Shown here in pieces: positions 18,359-28,606 of a stretch of 64,000 bases of DNA (its first letter is position 1; every line of letters starts with the position of its first letter). A program made the position numbers and the translations under genes. Below the pieces are notes generated by a model that saw only the letters and a program-made list of their open reading frames with translations, searched no databases and was not told the DNA's origin. The DNA is from an uncultured virus (IMG/VR IMGVR_UViG_3300021085_002396) (Duplodnaviria; Heunggongvirae; Uroviricota; Caudoviricetes), in IMG/VR virus record IMGVR_UViG_3300021085_002396; one strand, written 5' to 3'.

Positions 18359-18756
18359 TAATAATCTATTCCTTCTATACCTTCAGGTTCTTTATCAGGA
18401 TCCAACATATCATATTGTTCCTCTTCTCCTTCTAGTATGTTTTTAGTTTGATCTTTAATTGATTGAGTAACTTCGTTATCATTCATAGGCTCTTTATCAA
18501 AGTCTAAAACTTCTACATCAATTGCTTTCTTACCCATAGCTTCATTAGCTGCTCTTTCAATAGCCAAAGCTCTATCTTGATCCATTATAATAATATCATT
18601 ATAGGTATGATCGCCTGTTCCTTCTACTGTAGTAATACCTACGACAGGTTTAGTAGTCGAGCAATCAACACATACATGATAGTTGTATAATGTCTTTCTA
18701 AGTTCTGGGAAATCGTTGCCACATTTAGGGCATGGAATCATTTTTAATTTTTGCAT
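18358..18756 (-). CDS. TraR-like C4 zinc finger protein with acidic tail
   Basis: CPKCG.DFPELR......CVDCS, resembling 5826..6062. Confidence 0.75.
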   Translation of the reverse strand: MQKLKMIPCPKCGNDFPELRKTLYNYHVCVDCSTTKPVVGITTVEGTGDHTYNDIIIMDQDRALAIERAANEAMGKKAIDVEVLDFDKEPMNDNEVTQSIKDQTKNILEGEEEQYDMLDPDKEPEGIEGIDY

Positions 18757-18830
18757 ATAGTATAACCGTTTTAATTAGATATAAAGATAAGAATAAAGAT
18801 CCAGGATTCCAACTAATTTAATGTATATTT

Positions 18831-20051
18831 TCATATTATAGATGAATAAGTTGGTAGATCTACTTTCTTAGAGTTCTTCTTATACATACCCCAAACGATG
18901 TTGAGTAAATAAGTATCAGTCTTTTCTAGTTTATACTCACGTATCACGTTTTTTATTTGATCTTCTGAGCATTCCATCCAGTTCCAAGCGTTTTGTTTTT
19001 CATATTCTTCCTTTGATACAAAGAAATCATGCACTCCTATAAAGTCTCCCTCCTTTATTAAAGTAGCATAAGCATTAAAGATAGAAGGTTTGTCACCTCC
19101 ATCACAAAGTACTAATGTCTTTCCTTCTTTAGAAATAAACTCTTTATGTAAGAACTGCTGAGTTTGAAAGCTCATATGATCTGCTTCCATTACTCGTGCT
19201 ACACTATATACTTTTTGGTCTATTAGCTTAGTTACGTTATCAACTGTAATAATAGGTCCGTCAAATATAGTAGAGAGGAAATATGTTAAACCTCCTCTTG
19301 AAGTTCCTAATTCTAATATCCTATCAAATTTATTTAGTTCTAAAAATTTAGTAAAGTACTCCTCAAATCCTCTAAATTGTTGTATTGGTATGCCATTAGA
19401 TAGATGATGAAGGTGCTGTGTATCTGTATCTTTAAGTAGAAAAGGTTCCTTATAGTAATTTTGTAAGTTTATCTGTCCTTCAGAATACACACAAGCATAT
19501 AGTCCTCTAGGTTTATCAGAAGTATTAGGACCTGATCTATGTATACAGTTTCCGTTTATGGCTATAATATCTCCTGCTTTAGGATAGACTCTATGCCACT
19601 CTTTTGTTTTTAAGCTTTGAAGTTCTAATGTTCCGTTATCATCTGTAAAGTCATCTAGTACCCAACTCATATTAACAGTATGCATTTTACCATCCTTATT
19701 TTCAGCTCCATATTGATTATCGTAATGAGGAGCAAATGTAAAGTTATCATTTGGAAACTTATAGACCATTTGATCATTAAATAAAAATATATCTTTTTTC
19801 TGTAAAATAGTGGTAACTAAATCATATGAGATTTTAGAAGTATAAAGGTTCATTAACTCTCCTTCATATGCTCCAGCACATCCTACATGTAGATTTAATG
19901 TAGGTGGGCCAGCTAGTGCAGGTTTATTAACATTTTCTCTAGACCATTTGACTAAAGGCATGCCTTTTTCTCTTGCAATTTCTATATACTCTTTTGGGAT
20001 AGCATTTTCGATATGGAGATATCCATGCTCATTATAAAAATCTAAATCCAT
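18831..20051 (-). CDS. PhyH-family dioxygenase fused to a class I SAM methyltransferase
   Basis: GYL.I, PHYD, HRSGPN..R in the N-half; ILELGT..GG, DGG, GD.I.VHD in the C-half. Confidence 0.85.
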   Translation of the reverse strand: MDLDFYNEHGYLHIENAIPKEYIEIAREKGMPLVKWSRENVNKPALAGPPTLNLHVGCAGAYEGELMNLYTSKISYDLVTTILQKKDIFLFNDQMVYKFPNDNFTFAPHYDNQYGAENKDGKMHTVNMSWVLDDFTDDNGTLELQSLKTKEWHRVYPKAGDIIAINGNCIHRSGPNTSDKPRGLYACVYSEGQINLQNYYKEPFLLKDTDTQHLHHLSNGIPIQQFRGFEEYFTKFLELNKFDRILELGTSRGGLTYFLSTIFDGPIITVDNVTKLIDQKVYSVARVMEADHMSFQTQQFLHKEFISKEGKTLVLCDGGDKPSIFNAYATLIKEGDFIGVHDFFVSKEEYEKQNAWNWMECSEDQIKNVIREYKLEKTDTYLLNIVWGMYKKNSKKVDLPTYSSII

Positions 20052-20060
20052 AACTTATTA

Positions 20061-20468
20061 TTATGAGAACTCAGTAACTACTTTCCAAACCTCTTCAGGT
20101 GTTTTAAATTTTACTACTTTCTCTTCTTTTGATTCTCCTACTTCAACAACTATAGTTCCATCCCATTCTTTATCTGGTGAAAGAGTGTAGAGATATAATT
20201 GTATTAATCCTAACTGAGATTTATTAAATGACATCTTCATTAGATCTTCTATAACATTAAAGAATTGATCTTCGTAAGTAGTCATATCCATTCCTATCTC
20301 TTCAGCCATAAAGTCTCTCCTGTCCTCAATCTTCTTTAACTGAGTAATAATTCCAGTAAATAGTTTTTTATTCATAGATTCTTTATCAAGACCTTTCTTC
20401 TTGATACGATAAGATAATGGATGTAATGAGAAGAGAACTTCTCTAATCTTCTTGTTCGGTGACACCAT
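20061..20468 (-). CDS. Hypothetical protein
   Basis: 135 aa ORF. Confidence 0.75.
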   Translation of the reverse strand: MVSPNKKIREVLFSLHPLSYRIKKKGLDKESMNKKLFTGIITQLKKIEDRRDFMAEEIGMDMTTYEDQFFNVIEDLMKMSFNKSQLGLIQLYLYTLSPDKEWDGTIVVEVGESKEEKVVKFKTPEEVWKVVTEFS

Positions 20469-20483
20469 ATTTTGCGTTAGTTT

Positions 20484-20861
20484 TTAAACTTCGGCTGGTC
20501 CGTCTACAGGGTCATCAGTCGTTGGATTCTGTCCTGATAATGCTTTTCTGATTATTCTATCAAAATATTCAATGTAGATGAAAAAGCCAATTATAGTCTT
20601 GTCTTTGAGATTTCTATCTCTTTCTACTCTCATATCAAAGCTTGCTAACCCTTTCTCCAATCTAGATTCAAGCTCAATTGCTATATCATCTTGTTGAGTT
20701 TTAGTTAGAGTACCAAACTCTGTTGGTAGAAATTGAACTTTGACACCTTTCTTCTGTGGATCTTCGTTGGTATCTACCTTAAGCACAAACTTATGTCCAG
20801 CAAAATTAATCTTTGCTGACTCACTTAATACGTTTCTTATATACTTTTCTAGCTGTTTCAT
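20484..20861 (-). CDS. Hypothetical protein
   Basis: 125 aa ORF preceded by a CTATTTAT motif; N-terminal L..YIR..L.E leader. Confidence 0.75.
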   Translation of the reverse strand: MKQLEKYIRNVLSESAKINFAGHKFVLKVDTNEDPQKKGVKVQFLPTEFGTLTKTQQDDIAIELESRLEKGLASFDMRVERDRNLKDKTIIGFFIYIEYFDRIIRKALSGQNPTTDDPVDGPAEV

Positions 20862-20874
20862 ATTTAATAAATAG

Positions 20875-21048
20875 TTAGTCTAATAACATTCTTTTAGTAT
20901 TTGATGAACCTTCTTGAATTATTTGGTAACTTCTTACTGCTCTATTGCGTCCCCATTGCTCTATACTCCAATCAATTTTGTCAGTTACAAACTCTATTTC
21001 TTCAGATGTACCATCTAATAAGTTAAATTCTACAATATACTTTTTCAT
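20875..21048 (-). CDS. Small protein (57 aa, not in ORF track)
   Basis: MKKYIVEFNLLDG...KRMLLD fills the gap. Confidence 0.7.
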   Translation of the reverse strand: MKKYIVEFNLLDGTSEEIEFVTDKIDWSIEQWGRNRAVRSYQIIQEGSSNTKRMLLD

Positions 21049-21049
21049 A

Positions 21050-21799
21050 TTATCTTTTTGTTAAATCCTCTTTTAACTTATCACTTGGCTTAGGTTCAGT
21101 AAAAAATATTTTAGATTTCTCTAAAGGTAACTGACCTTTGTGTGCTGTAAAAGATTCTGTTATAGTTAGTATTCCTTTGTCTCCTTTTTCTCTTCTATTC
21201 CAAACAATATATGGAGTTGATATCTGATCTCTAATACTATCAGTTGTAAGCTCAGTATAAACTTCTTTTGAAAATTCATTTGCGTCTTTATTATTTTTTC
21301 TAATTAGTACTCCAGTTTCGAAATGATCGTATTGATATGGCATTCCATTCTCATGATACCTTTCTAACTGTCTGTTTACTATAGAAGGTTTATCATTCAT
21401 ATAAGCATACGATGTAACCATTCCTTCTACATATATACTTCTTAGATCTGTATGGTGATGGATAGCTGTATGTTTGTTATCTTTTAAATAATGATCTACA
21501 ATAGCCTTTGGTTCAAATTTAAAATAACATTGAGAGTCCATCCAGAGACTATGAGTATGTTTCGGTAACTTAGCTTTAGATGGATTCCATTTAAGAAATC
21601 TTGACATCATTCTAAAAGACTTGTCTTTATCTTTCTTTAAAACTTTAACATCCCAGAAATCTGATTTTAAATCTTCTCTGTTTGTAAAAGCTATATACTT
21701 AACATCTCCTCTTTCATGAGTAAACGGAAAGAATCTTCCTACCTCTTCTAAAGGTAGTGATTCATCTGCAAACAGTGCTGTGTATACTACTAGTTTCAT
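21050..21799 (-). CDS. DUF616/TOD1-type glycosyltransferase
   Basis: VVYTA, FT, SR..K, SLWMD, ETGVL.R, RDQIS. Confidence 0.85.
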   Translation of the reverse strand: MKLVVYTALFADESLPLEEVGRFFPFTHERGDVKYIAFTNREDLKSDFWDVKVLKKDKDKSFRMMSRFLKWNPSKAKLPKHTHSLWMDSQCYFKFEPKAIVDHYLKDNKHTAIHHHTDLRSIYVEGMVTSYAYMNDKPSIVNRQLERYHENGMPYQYDHFETGVLIRKNNKDANEFSKEVYTELTTDSIRDQISTPYIVWNRREKGDKGILTITESFTAHKGQLPLEKSKIFFTEPKPSDKLKEDLTKR

Positions 21800-22644
21800 A
21801 AGCTATTGATATAAGATAGTAATTTATCTTCAGGTTTCCAACCTAATCTTAATAAAGCATCATTATTTTCTCTTAACGTTTCTCTATAATTACCATTTTG
21901 ATCTGGAATGTATTTATAGTCTGTTCCAAACTTTTCTTTAAACATTAAGTAAACATCATTAATAGAGTAATTAATACCTGTTCCTAACTCCCATGCATCT
22001 TCATGCACTTCTAATTTAAATCCTATTCTAAATAAACCTTCTACTATATCTTCGACATGAGTAAAATCTCTCTTTTGTTCTCCATCACCAACTATAGTTA
22101 TAGGTTCTTTAGCTTCTGATTGACGTCTCCATATTCCTATTACTGCTGCCCAATCACCGTAAACTATCTCTCCTGGACCGTATACGTTATAAAATCTAGC
22201 TATCTCTATGTCCATACCGTAAGTCTTCTTATACATCTTACATACTTCTTCACCCATATACTTACAAGCAGCATAAGGAGATTGATATGGATCATGATGC
22301 TTTGAGGATGAACCAGCATAAACTACCTTTATACCATTCTTTCTAGCAAACTCACATACTTTCTGAGTACCTAAGGTATTAACTCTATAAGTCTCATCTG
22401 GGTTATTGAATGAAGGTTGTATTCTAGATAAAGCTGCACAGTGATAAATTATATCAAAGTCCTTATCTAAAGTATTAATCAATTCTATATCACCGGGAAT
22501 ATAATCTGCTCCTTGGTGATGATTCTTCATTGTTCCGGAATCATAATTATCTAAAGAAGTTACCTTATGACCTTTTTCTAATAGTAACTTAATTAAATTA
22601 GATCCTACAAAGCCTGCTCCTCCTGTTACTAGTATTTTTTTCAT
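21796..22644 (-). CDS. NAD-dependent epimerase/dehydratase
   Basis: VTGGAGFVG, YAACK, RFYNVYG, GDG.Q.RDF. Confidence 0.95.
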   Translation of the reverse strand: MKKILVTGGAGFVGSNLIKLLLEKGHKVTSLDNYDSGTMKNHHQGADYIPGDIELINTLDKDFDIIYHCAALSRIQPSFNNPDETYRVNTLGTQKVCEFARKNGIKVVYAGSSSKHHDPYQSPYAACKYMGEEVCKMYKKTYGMDIEIARFYNVYGPGEIVYGDWAAVIGIWRRQSEAKEPITIVGDGEQKRDFTHVEDIVEGLFRIGFKLEVHEDAWELGTGINYSINDVYLMFKEKFGTDYKYIPDQNGNYRETLRENNDALLRLGWKPEDKLLSYINSL

Positions 22645-23366
22645 TTTCTTTTCATTACTCTTTTATACCCTTTATCAGATAGTTTACTACAAATTTCGTT
22701 ACGTAAAGGAGCATGATTGCTCTTCCAATGAGAAGCATTTTGGTCATTTCCTTTTTTATACCCATTTATGCTACCCCATAAGTGTTCTTTACCTTCAGGA
22801 TGCGGTGGTACTGCTGTTTCAATACCTCCATGTAAATAAGCAAAAGCTGAAAGTTGTATATCTTCTCCGTTCTCCCATGAAATAGGATCTTCTTGCCAAA
22901 GGTACTTTAACGTATCTCTTTTCATAAACCAGGCATGTCCTACTAAATCAACTAATTCCAACTTATTGCTTAGAACTCCATTCCATCCTACCTTTTTATT
23001 AGGGTCATAATTCTCACTTTCTAACCTTACTCCTGAAGTTCCTAAAATATAATTTCCATGTTTCATACAAGCAAGGCAATTCTTAAACCAATCTTTACCT
23101 GGTATTGTATCGTCATCAAAGAATGCTACATACTCAGATTTAGCAAGTAAGCCATATGCAAACCTAGCATGAAACTTTAAATTAGTATTGCTATAAGCTA
23201 CCTTTACTCCTAATTCATCTAGATTAAATTGCTGACCTTCTTCAGGTTTATTAGACCAAATCATTATATCCTCTGGTGGAATTGATTGACCTGTTACAGC
23301 TTCTATCTGCTCTTTAAGGTACTCTGCTCTTTTATAGCAATTAAGTATTACTGTTATCTTCGCCAT
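22641..23366 (-). CDS. Glycosyltransferase family 2
   Basis: FFDDD motif, GEDI. Confidence 0.85.
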   Translation of the reverse strand: MAKITVILNCYKRAEYLKEQIEAVTGQSIPPEDIMIWSNKPEEGQQFNLDELGVKVAYSNTNLKFHARFAYGLLAKSEYVAFFDDDTIPGKDWFKNCLACMKHGNYILGTSGVRLESENYDPNKKVGWNGVLSNKLELVDLVGHAWFMKRDTLKYLWQEDPISWENGEDIQLSAFAYLHGGIETAVPPHPEGKEHLWGSINGYKKGNDQNASHWKSNHAPLRNEICSKLSDKGYKRVMKRK

Positions 23367-24348
23367 ATAATATTCGTTTAACTCTTTTAGCTGTATCACC
23401 TTTACCGTAAGGTGAGTCTTTTTTTATAATATAATCTCTATTTATTCTGTCTACTATGTCCATTAAATCAGAAGGAGTCTTACATAATGTTAAGTGACCT
23501 GTATAAATACCTTCTGGTCTTTCAGTTACGTCTCTACATACAATTACTTTCTTATTTAAAAATGCTCCTTCTTCTTGTAAGCCCCCACTATCAGAAATAA
23601 TAAACTTACATTTAGACATAAGCTTTAACATTTCATCATGAGGTAATGCTGGAACTATATTAACATTTGTTAGTAAATGTTTATGTTTTCTTACAGCTGG
23701 GTTATGATGAAGAGGAATAGTAAATTCAATATTTGAATACTTCTCAGCTACTTTATTTAGTTCTGTAAACCATTCATCCATCCAATGGTGATTCTCCCAT
23801 CTATGTAATGTAACTAATACTTTATCAGTATACTCACAATCATCTTTATATTCAATAAGATTATCTAATACTGAATTACCAACTACATATGACATTCCAT
23901 CTGTCTTTTCATTGAATAAATTCTGTGCTGAAATAGAAGTCGGTGGAAAGTTTATATCAGCTATTCTAGATATCATCTGTCTATATCCTTCTTCAGGATA
24001 AGGTTGCTTTAAGTCATAAGACCTTAAGCCAGCCTCTAAATGTATAATCTTTAATTTTCTACTAAATGCTGCTAAAGCACAAGCAAATGCTGATACAGTA
24101 TCTCCATGAACTAATACATCGAAGTCTCCTTCTGGGAACTGGGTTAAGCAATCGCTTATGATTTGATCTAATCTATTAGTTTGATCTCCTATTTCGATTC
24201 TATAATCTACTTTAATATCTTTTAATAAGTCTTTATGTTGACCAGTAAATAACAATTTGTAGTTACTTATCTCCTTAAGTAATGGCTTAACTTTTAACCA
24301 TTCAGGTCTAGTTCCAAAACATATTAATAATTCTTTACCTACTACCAT
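23341..24348 (-). CDS. wecB: UDP-N-acetylglucosamine 2-epimerase
   Basis: GTRPE, TGQH, HGDT, HLEAGLRS, DSGGLQEE, TERPE. Confidence 0.95.
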   Translation of the reverse strand: MVVGKELLICFGTRPEWLKVKPLLKEISNYKLLFTGQHKDLLKDIKVDYRIEIGDQTNRLDQIISDCLTQFPEGDFDVLVHGDTVSAFACALAAFSRKLKIIHLEAGLRSYDLKQPYPEEGYRQMISRIADINFPPTSISAQNLFNEKTDGMSYVVGNSVLDNLIEYKDDCEYTDKVLVTLHRWENHHWMDEWFTELNKVAEKYSNIEFTIPLHHNPAVRKHKHLLTNVNIVPALPHDEMLKLMSKCKFIISDSGGLQEEGAFLNKKVIVCRDVTERPEGIYTGHLTLCKTPSDLMDIVDRINRDYIIKKDSPYGKGDTAKRVKRILYGEDNSNT

Positions 24349-25031
24349 ATGCAAGTTTTTAATTCTGTAGCTCCTCCTCTTAGATAGCTTCTATTAGTTT
24401 CAGTTAAATAAGGATTGAGTGTAGATCCTATATCAAGATAAGTATTAGTTTTATTTTTCTCCCAGAATTTAGCTGCTAACATATTACCTAGTGGACCAGC
24501 ACAAAATAGAAATAAGTAATCTTTATAGCTTTCTACTGGAAATTCGTTTACTAACTCAAAGTTATCTATCATTGCTTCTGATGTGATAGGTACGAATTGA
24601 TCTACAGCAAATGGTAATTCTGTATACCTTGCATCATCTCTAGCAAATAGTATTACTTTATGATTACTAAATTCAGGTATAAACTTATCTACAAAATATG
24701 GATAATTGCTGTTAACAAATATATTTGCCCAAGTTAACTTATCTTGTTGTGATTGTTCTCTCATCCACATAACATGATTAACAGGTTGACAGCATACACA
24801 ACTAACTCCTACGTAGTAATCTGGATCATTAAATTTAAATGATTCTATTAATTGGTCTCTAACATAATCATGCTTAGTGTTATCGAAAGTCCAATTGTCA
24901 ACGTTAGTAATATTCTGATTTGCCAATATAGCAAATTCACCATCAGCATATTTGCTGAAGCTAAACTTATCTTTATTGCTTAATCTGGTATAAAGAAATT
25001 CTATATCTTCTCTAAAACTATTTTTTATCAT
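24342..25031 (-). CDS. GT-D fold (DUF1792-like) glycosyltransferase
   Basis: FSKYADGE, CAGP, LDIGS. Confidence 0.75.
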   Translation of the reverse strand: MIKNSFREDIEFLYTRLSNKDKFSFSKYADGEFAILANQNITNVDNWTFDNTKHDYVRDQLIESFKFNDPDYYVGVSCVCCQPVNHVMWMREQSQQDKLTWANIFVNSNYPYFVDKFIPEFSNHKVILFARDDARYTELPFAVDQFVPITSEAMIDNFELVNEFPVESYKDYLFLFCAGPLGNMLAAKFWEKNKTNTYLDIGSTLNPYLTETNRSYLRGGATELKTCIW

Positions 25032-25848
25032 CGCTAACTGCTCTTCCTAATTTTGATTCCCAATCTTTTTCTGGTCTTACTTCTAAGTTAGTTTTCCATC
25101 CTGCCTCTATAGTATGCATAGGAGTATCTAATTTATTACCTAACTTAATTAATGCGTTTACATCTTTAGGAAAACAAGTACCTCCGTAGCCATGCTTACC
25201 GTCTGGTCCAGGAACATGCAAATGACTGTCTCCTATTCTATGATCAGAAGCGAAACCATATAAAGCATCTGGCCAATTGGTTCCTAATTTATCTGATAGT
25301 CTTTTGAACTCATTCATTATACTAACTTTAGTAGCAAAATAAGTATTGTTCATATATTTAGTTAATTCAGCTGTTGCAGAGTCAGTTTCTATAATATGTC
25401 TATTCATAAACCTCTCTTCATAAAGCTCTTTAGTTCGCATAGTAAGATCTTTCCTACCTCCTAGTATAATTCTAGCTTGAGTAAGCATATCTAACTTAGC
25501 GGTTCTCTCAGTAAGAAATTCAGGATTAAATATAATACTTAATGTTGGGAACTTACTACATAAGGTGTTAGTAGTACCGGGTAGAACCGTAGATTTTATT
25601 ATGTATACAGGCCCGTCTACTGCATCTTCAAATACTTTTTCTATATAACTTAAATCTTGAGTACCGTCTCTAAACATCGGAGTAGGAACACAGACAAATA
25701 TAAACTCACATTCGTCTATTTCTTCTTTCGTATGAGTTGACCTTAAAGGATCAATATCGTATACTCTTAAGTCTGTAGTTGGGGAAAATGCAAATGAAAT
25801 AGCTTCACCTACGAAACCATTACCTATAACTCCTACTTTTCTTTTCAT
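25018..25848 (-). CDS. ugd: UDP-glucose/GDP-mannose dehydrogenase family protein
   Basis: GNGFVG, VPTP, KSTV.PG, NPEFL, GYGGTCFPKD. Confidence 0.9.
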   Translation of the reverse strand: MKRKVGVIGNGFVGEAISFAFSPTTDLRVYDIDPLRSTHTKEEIDECEFIFVCVPTPMFRDGTQDLSYIEKVFEDAVDGPVYIIKSTVLPGTTNTLCSKFPTLSIIFNPEFLTERTAKLDMLTQARIILGGRKDLTMRTKELYEERFMNRHIIETDSATAELTKYMNNTYFATKVSIMNEFKRLSDKLGTNWPDALYGFASDHRIGDSHLHVPGPDGKHGYGGTCFPKDVNALIKLGNKLDTPMHTIEAGWKTNLEVRPEKDWESKLGRAVSDDKK

Positions 25849-25867
25849 AACTTTTTAACCTGTAAAT

Positions 25868-26410
25868 TTAAGTGAGTATCGATCTACTCCTGCTAATCTT
25901 TTTATTCTTATTTAAAGGTACCTTACCTTTGATAAAATTAATATAAGAATAATTTTCCAGATGGACAAGATATTGTGCATCAAATTCAGAATTTATTTTT
26001 GATACAAATTGAATTCTGTGTAGAGGTTTATAGGGAACAATTATTAATCCAGATTCTTTAATGCTGGGAGTTATTTTATTAATAAGTTTAATAGCATAAT
26101 CAACATCTGGTGCTTCTACTATAGCTATTCCTATATTTCCTGTATCACTATAGTCAATACTGTATATGTCTTTCTTTTTAATGAATGATGATTTTACTCC
26201 AGTATCATTTTGTAACGATATATGACTATCGTACCATTTTTGCCAACCTTGAGTATTGACAGGAAGGTAAAAGTCTACATCTCTCTTTACAAGATTACCG
26301 CTATTCATGTTAGTGAGTAGTAAATCTGTAATCGAATAGTTAATGCAACCTAATACGACTGTTTTTCCTACGTATTGCTGGTTTGTCTCTAAAGTTTGTA
26401 TCATTGCCAT
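25868..26410 (-). CDS. Hypothetical protein (possibly degenerate methyltransferase fold)
   Basis: 180 aa ORF; weak P.IK.SG.II pattern. Confidence 0.6.
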   Translation of the reverse strand: MAMIQTLETNQQYVGKTVVLGCINYSITDLLLTNMNSGNLVKRDVDFYLPVNTQGWQKWYDSHISLQNDTGVKSSFIKKKDIYSIDYSDTGNIGIAIVEAPDVDYAIKLINKITPSIKESGLIIVPYKPLHRIQFVSKINSEFDAQYLVHLENYSYINFIKGKVPLNKNKKISRSRSILT

Positions 26411-26430
26411 GTATATAAATAGGTTGTAAT

Positions 26431-26589
26431 TTATCTTGGGTTAGGTACTAACCTAAAATTACATCCGGGTTTACCATTTATCATTGGCATACCAAATTCA
26501 TCATATTCTATACTCTTAACTTTTACTCTCTTATTCTTAAATCGACCTACCATAATAGTATCGCCGACCTTAACATTTATTTTAATCAT
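26431..26589 (-). CDS. Small KOW-motif protein
   Basis: VKVGD.I..GRFK. Confidence 0.65.
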   Translation of the reverse strand: MIKINVKVGDTIMVGRFKNKRVKVKSIEYDEFGMPMINGKPGCNFRLVPNPR

Positions 26590-26779
26590 TACCTTTATAT
26601 TTAATCCAGAGTCTTTCAAAACTAAAGTAACCTATAGTCTTTAAAACTGTATCTATACTTCCTATAACTAAACCAAATCTCCAATTACCTGAAACTACCC
26701 AGCCGACTAGAAAAGTTATACTAGTTGCTATTACTCTCCATATGAGAGTCTTTATTAAAGTACTTTTATAACTTGCCAT
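26582..26779 (-). CDS. DUF2061-like small membrane protein
   Basis: L.KT..WR..AT, K...Y..ERLW. Confidence 0.8.
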   Translation of the reverse strand: MASYKSTLIKTLIWRVIATSITFLVGWVVSGNWRFGLVIGSIDTVLKTIGYFSFERLWIKYKGND

Positions 26780-27116
26780 CTTTCCTCATTTGTTCTCTAA
26801 TCTTTGTAGCTGATATTTCTTCAACATTCTGAGGAGGTACATGTTCTATAATTTCATACCCTACACCTCTACCGTAATTGATAGATTCTATATCAGGTAC
26901 TATTGTAATTTTTATACTGCCCTCTTCTAAAAGATCTGCTAATTCATTAGAGAGATTCATTAAAACTTCTTGAGGAGTCCAAGGTTGTTTTTCGTTTGGT
27001 TCTACATCTCTAATTGCTATCCAAACTTTTTTACCTTCTTTTAATCTTTGATCTATTAACCATCTGTGGCCTGAATGCCATGGTTGCCATCTACCTATAA
27101 ATAAACTATATTTCAT
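26766..27116 (-). CDS. HIGH-family nucleotidyltransferase (candidate minimal sulfate adenylyltransferase)
   Basis: GRWQPWHSGH, ISATKIR; adjacent to APS kinase. Confidence 0.8.
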   Translation of the reverse strand: MKYSLFIGRWQPWHSGHRWLIDQRLKEGKKVWIAIRDVEPNEKQPWTPQEVLMNLSNELADLLEEGSIKITIVPDIESINYGRGVGYEIIEHVPPQNVEEISATKIREQMRKDGKL

Positions 27117-27534
27117 TTAATATTTTTTCGAATGATTCATTGATTGAATCTTTTGTTGTGTCAATATCTATATAGTTCTCAAGAGGTGGAGTATAAGCTA
27201 TAGCTTTAAAATGATCTCTTTCTCTTGGTTCTGTTGTATGTACATATATCTCTTTTATATTATCACCTAAGAGAGTTTTAAATTCTTCTCTTTGATCAAC
27301 ATAAGGAGATACTAATGATACAATTACATCTCTACCTTGATTGTGTAGGTAGTGAGCAATACGTTGAGCTGTTCCTACATTATCTATTCTACCTTTAGCA
27401 GAATAATCTTTATTAGAAAATAACTCTCTCATATCGTCACCATCGATTCTAAAAGCACCAGGCTTTTCTTTCTTTAATAAATCTGCTAATGTTGTCTTAC
27501 CTGCACAAGGCTGTCCTGTAAACCAATATATCAT
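27106..27534 (-). CDS. cysC: Adenylylsulfate kinase
   Basis: WFTG..AGKTT, DGD.MR, DYS..GR..N, SP...R. Confidence 0.9.
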   Translation of the reverse strand: MIYWFTGQPCAGKTTLADLLKKEKPGAFRIDGDDMRELFSNKDYSAKGRIDNVGTAQRIAHYLHNQGRDVIVSLVSPYVDQREEFKTLLGDNIKEIYVHTTEPRERDHFKAIAYTPPLENYIDIDTTKDSINESFEKILNEI

Positions 27535-28142
27535 AGTGTGTCGTAATAAGCATTTTGTTTCTCTTGTCTTTTTATCTCTTTTGGATGATATAAAGATAAT
27601 TCTTCTTTAGGAGGTAATGGAGCATAAGTTTTAAAACCTTCTAATACTTCATGTACTTTATTTACCCATTTAATCTCTGATTTATTCTTCCATAATCTCC
27701 ATTGATAGTCTGGATAGTTTACCCATCCGTTCTCATCTACTCTCCAATTCCATTTAGCTCTATGCTCTTCTGTTAAACCATTTACAGTATTAACTCTAGG
27801 AACTAAATATACTTCGTTATCAGGATTTGATCCTAAGATGACTGGAAGAGCAGTTAAGAGTGACTTGTGAGGAAATTCATCTGCATCTATTTGAAAGATA
27901 TAATCTCCTGAGCACATACCTGTTAAGTAGTTCTTCCAGTCTGCAAAATGATTCTTAAAAGACTTAGCTTCACATATTACATCTTGGTCTTGTAAATAAG
28001 ACCAGACCTCAGCCGTACCGTTCTGTTTATCAAAGAGTACTACTACTTCATCATCTTCTCTTTTACTTTCAAGAAGAATAGAAATGAGTTTCTTAATCTC
28101 TTTAACCTCATTACAAACTGTAATAGCATAACTTATTTTCAT
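27531..28142 (-). CDS. Glycosyltransferase family 2
   Basis: NE, IFQIDADE, PDYQ.R, VHE. Confidence 0.9.
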   Translation of the reverse strand: MKISYAITVCNEVKEIKKLISILLESKREDDEVVVLFDKQNGTAEVWSYLQDQDVICEAKSFKNHFADWKNYLTGMCSGDYIFQIDADEFPHKSLLTALPVILGSNPDNEVYLVPRVNTVNGLTEEHRAKWNWRVDENGWVNYPDYQWRLWKNKSEIKWVNKVHEVLEGFKTYAPLPPKEELSLYHPKEIKRQEKQNAYYDTL

Positions 28143-28145
28143 ATT

Positions 28146-28604
28146 CTAATTATAGAACCCTATAGTTTCTAAAGCATCCATAAAGTCTCTTTGATCATAT
28201 AACTTAGCGTTTGCCATATCCATCTTCCACTCTTGTCCTTTAGGGAACTTACCGCTACTAAGTTCTTCTTCTGTCAACTTGATCGCATTTACTGATGACC
28301 ATTTCCAGTCTTTAGTTGTTTTACCGTCCACAAACACCATTCCTTTTTCCGGAAGAGTAATAGTAGCAGGGAACCAAACTCTACCGTTCTTATCAGTATG
28401 CATTAAGTCTTTATATAATTCAGGAGATGTTTCAGTTAAATCTTTTACAGGTTTAGATCCTTCTGTCATTAAAGTTGAAGTTGTAAACCCACTTCCGAAA
28501 CATAACCAAGTTGTTATCTGTTGTCCATCTTGTTCGAAGTTTTGCTCATAACAAGCATTACTCCCGAATGGACCTTCTACTAATTGATCTTTTTCTATAT
28601 TCAT
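28146..28604 (-). CDS. Hypothetical protein
   Basis: 152 aa ORF inside the GT operon. Confidence 0.75.
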   Translation of the reverse strand: MNIEKDQLVEGPFGSNACYEQNFEQDGQQITTWLCFGSGFTTSTLMTEGSKPVKDLTETSPELYKDLMHTDKNGRVWFPATITLPEKGMVFVDGKTTKDWKWSSVNAIKLTEEELSSGKFPKGQEWKMDMANAKLYDQRDFMDALETIGFYN

Positions 28605-28606
28605 AA

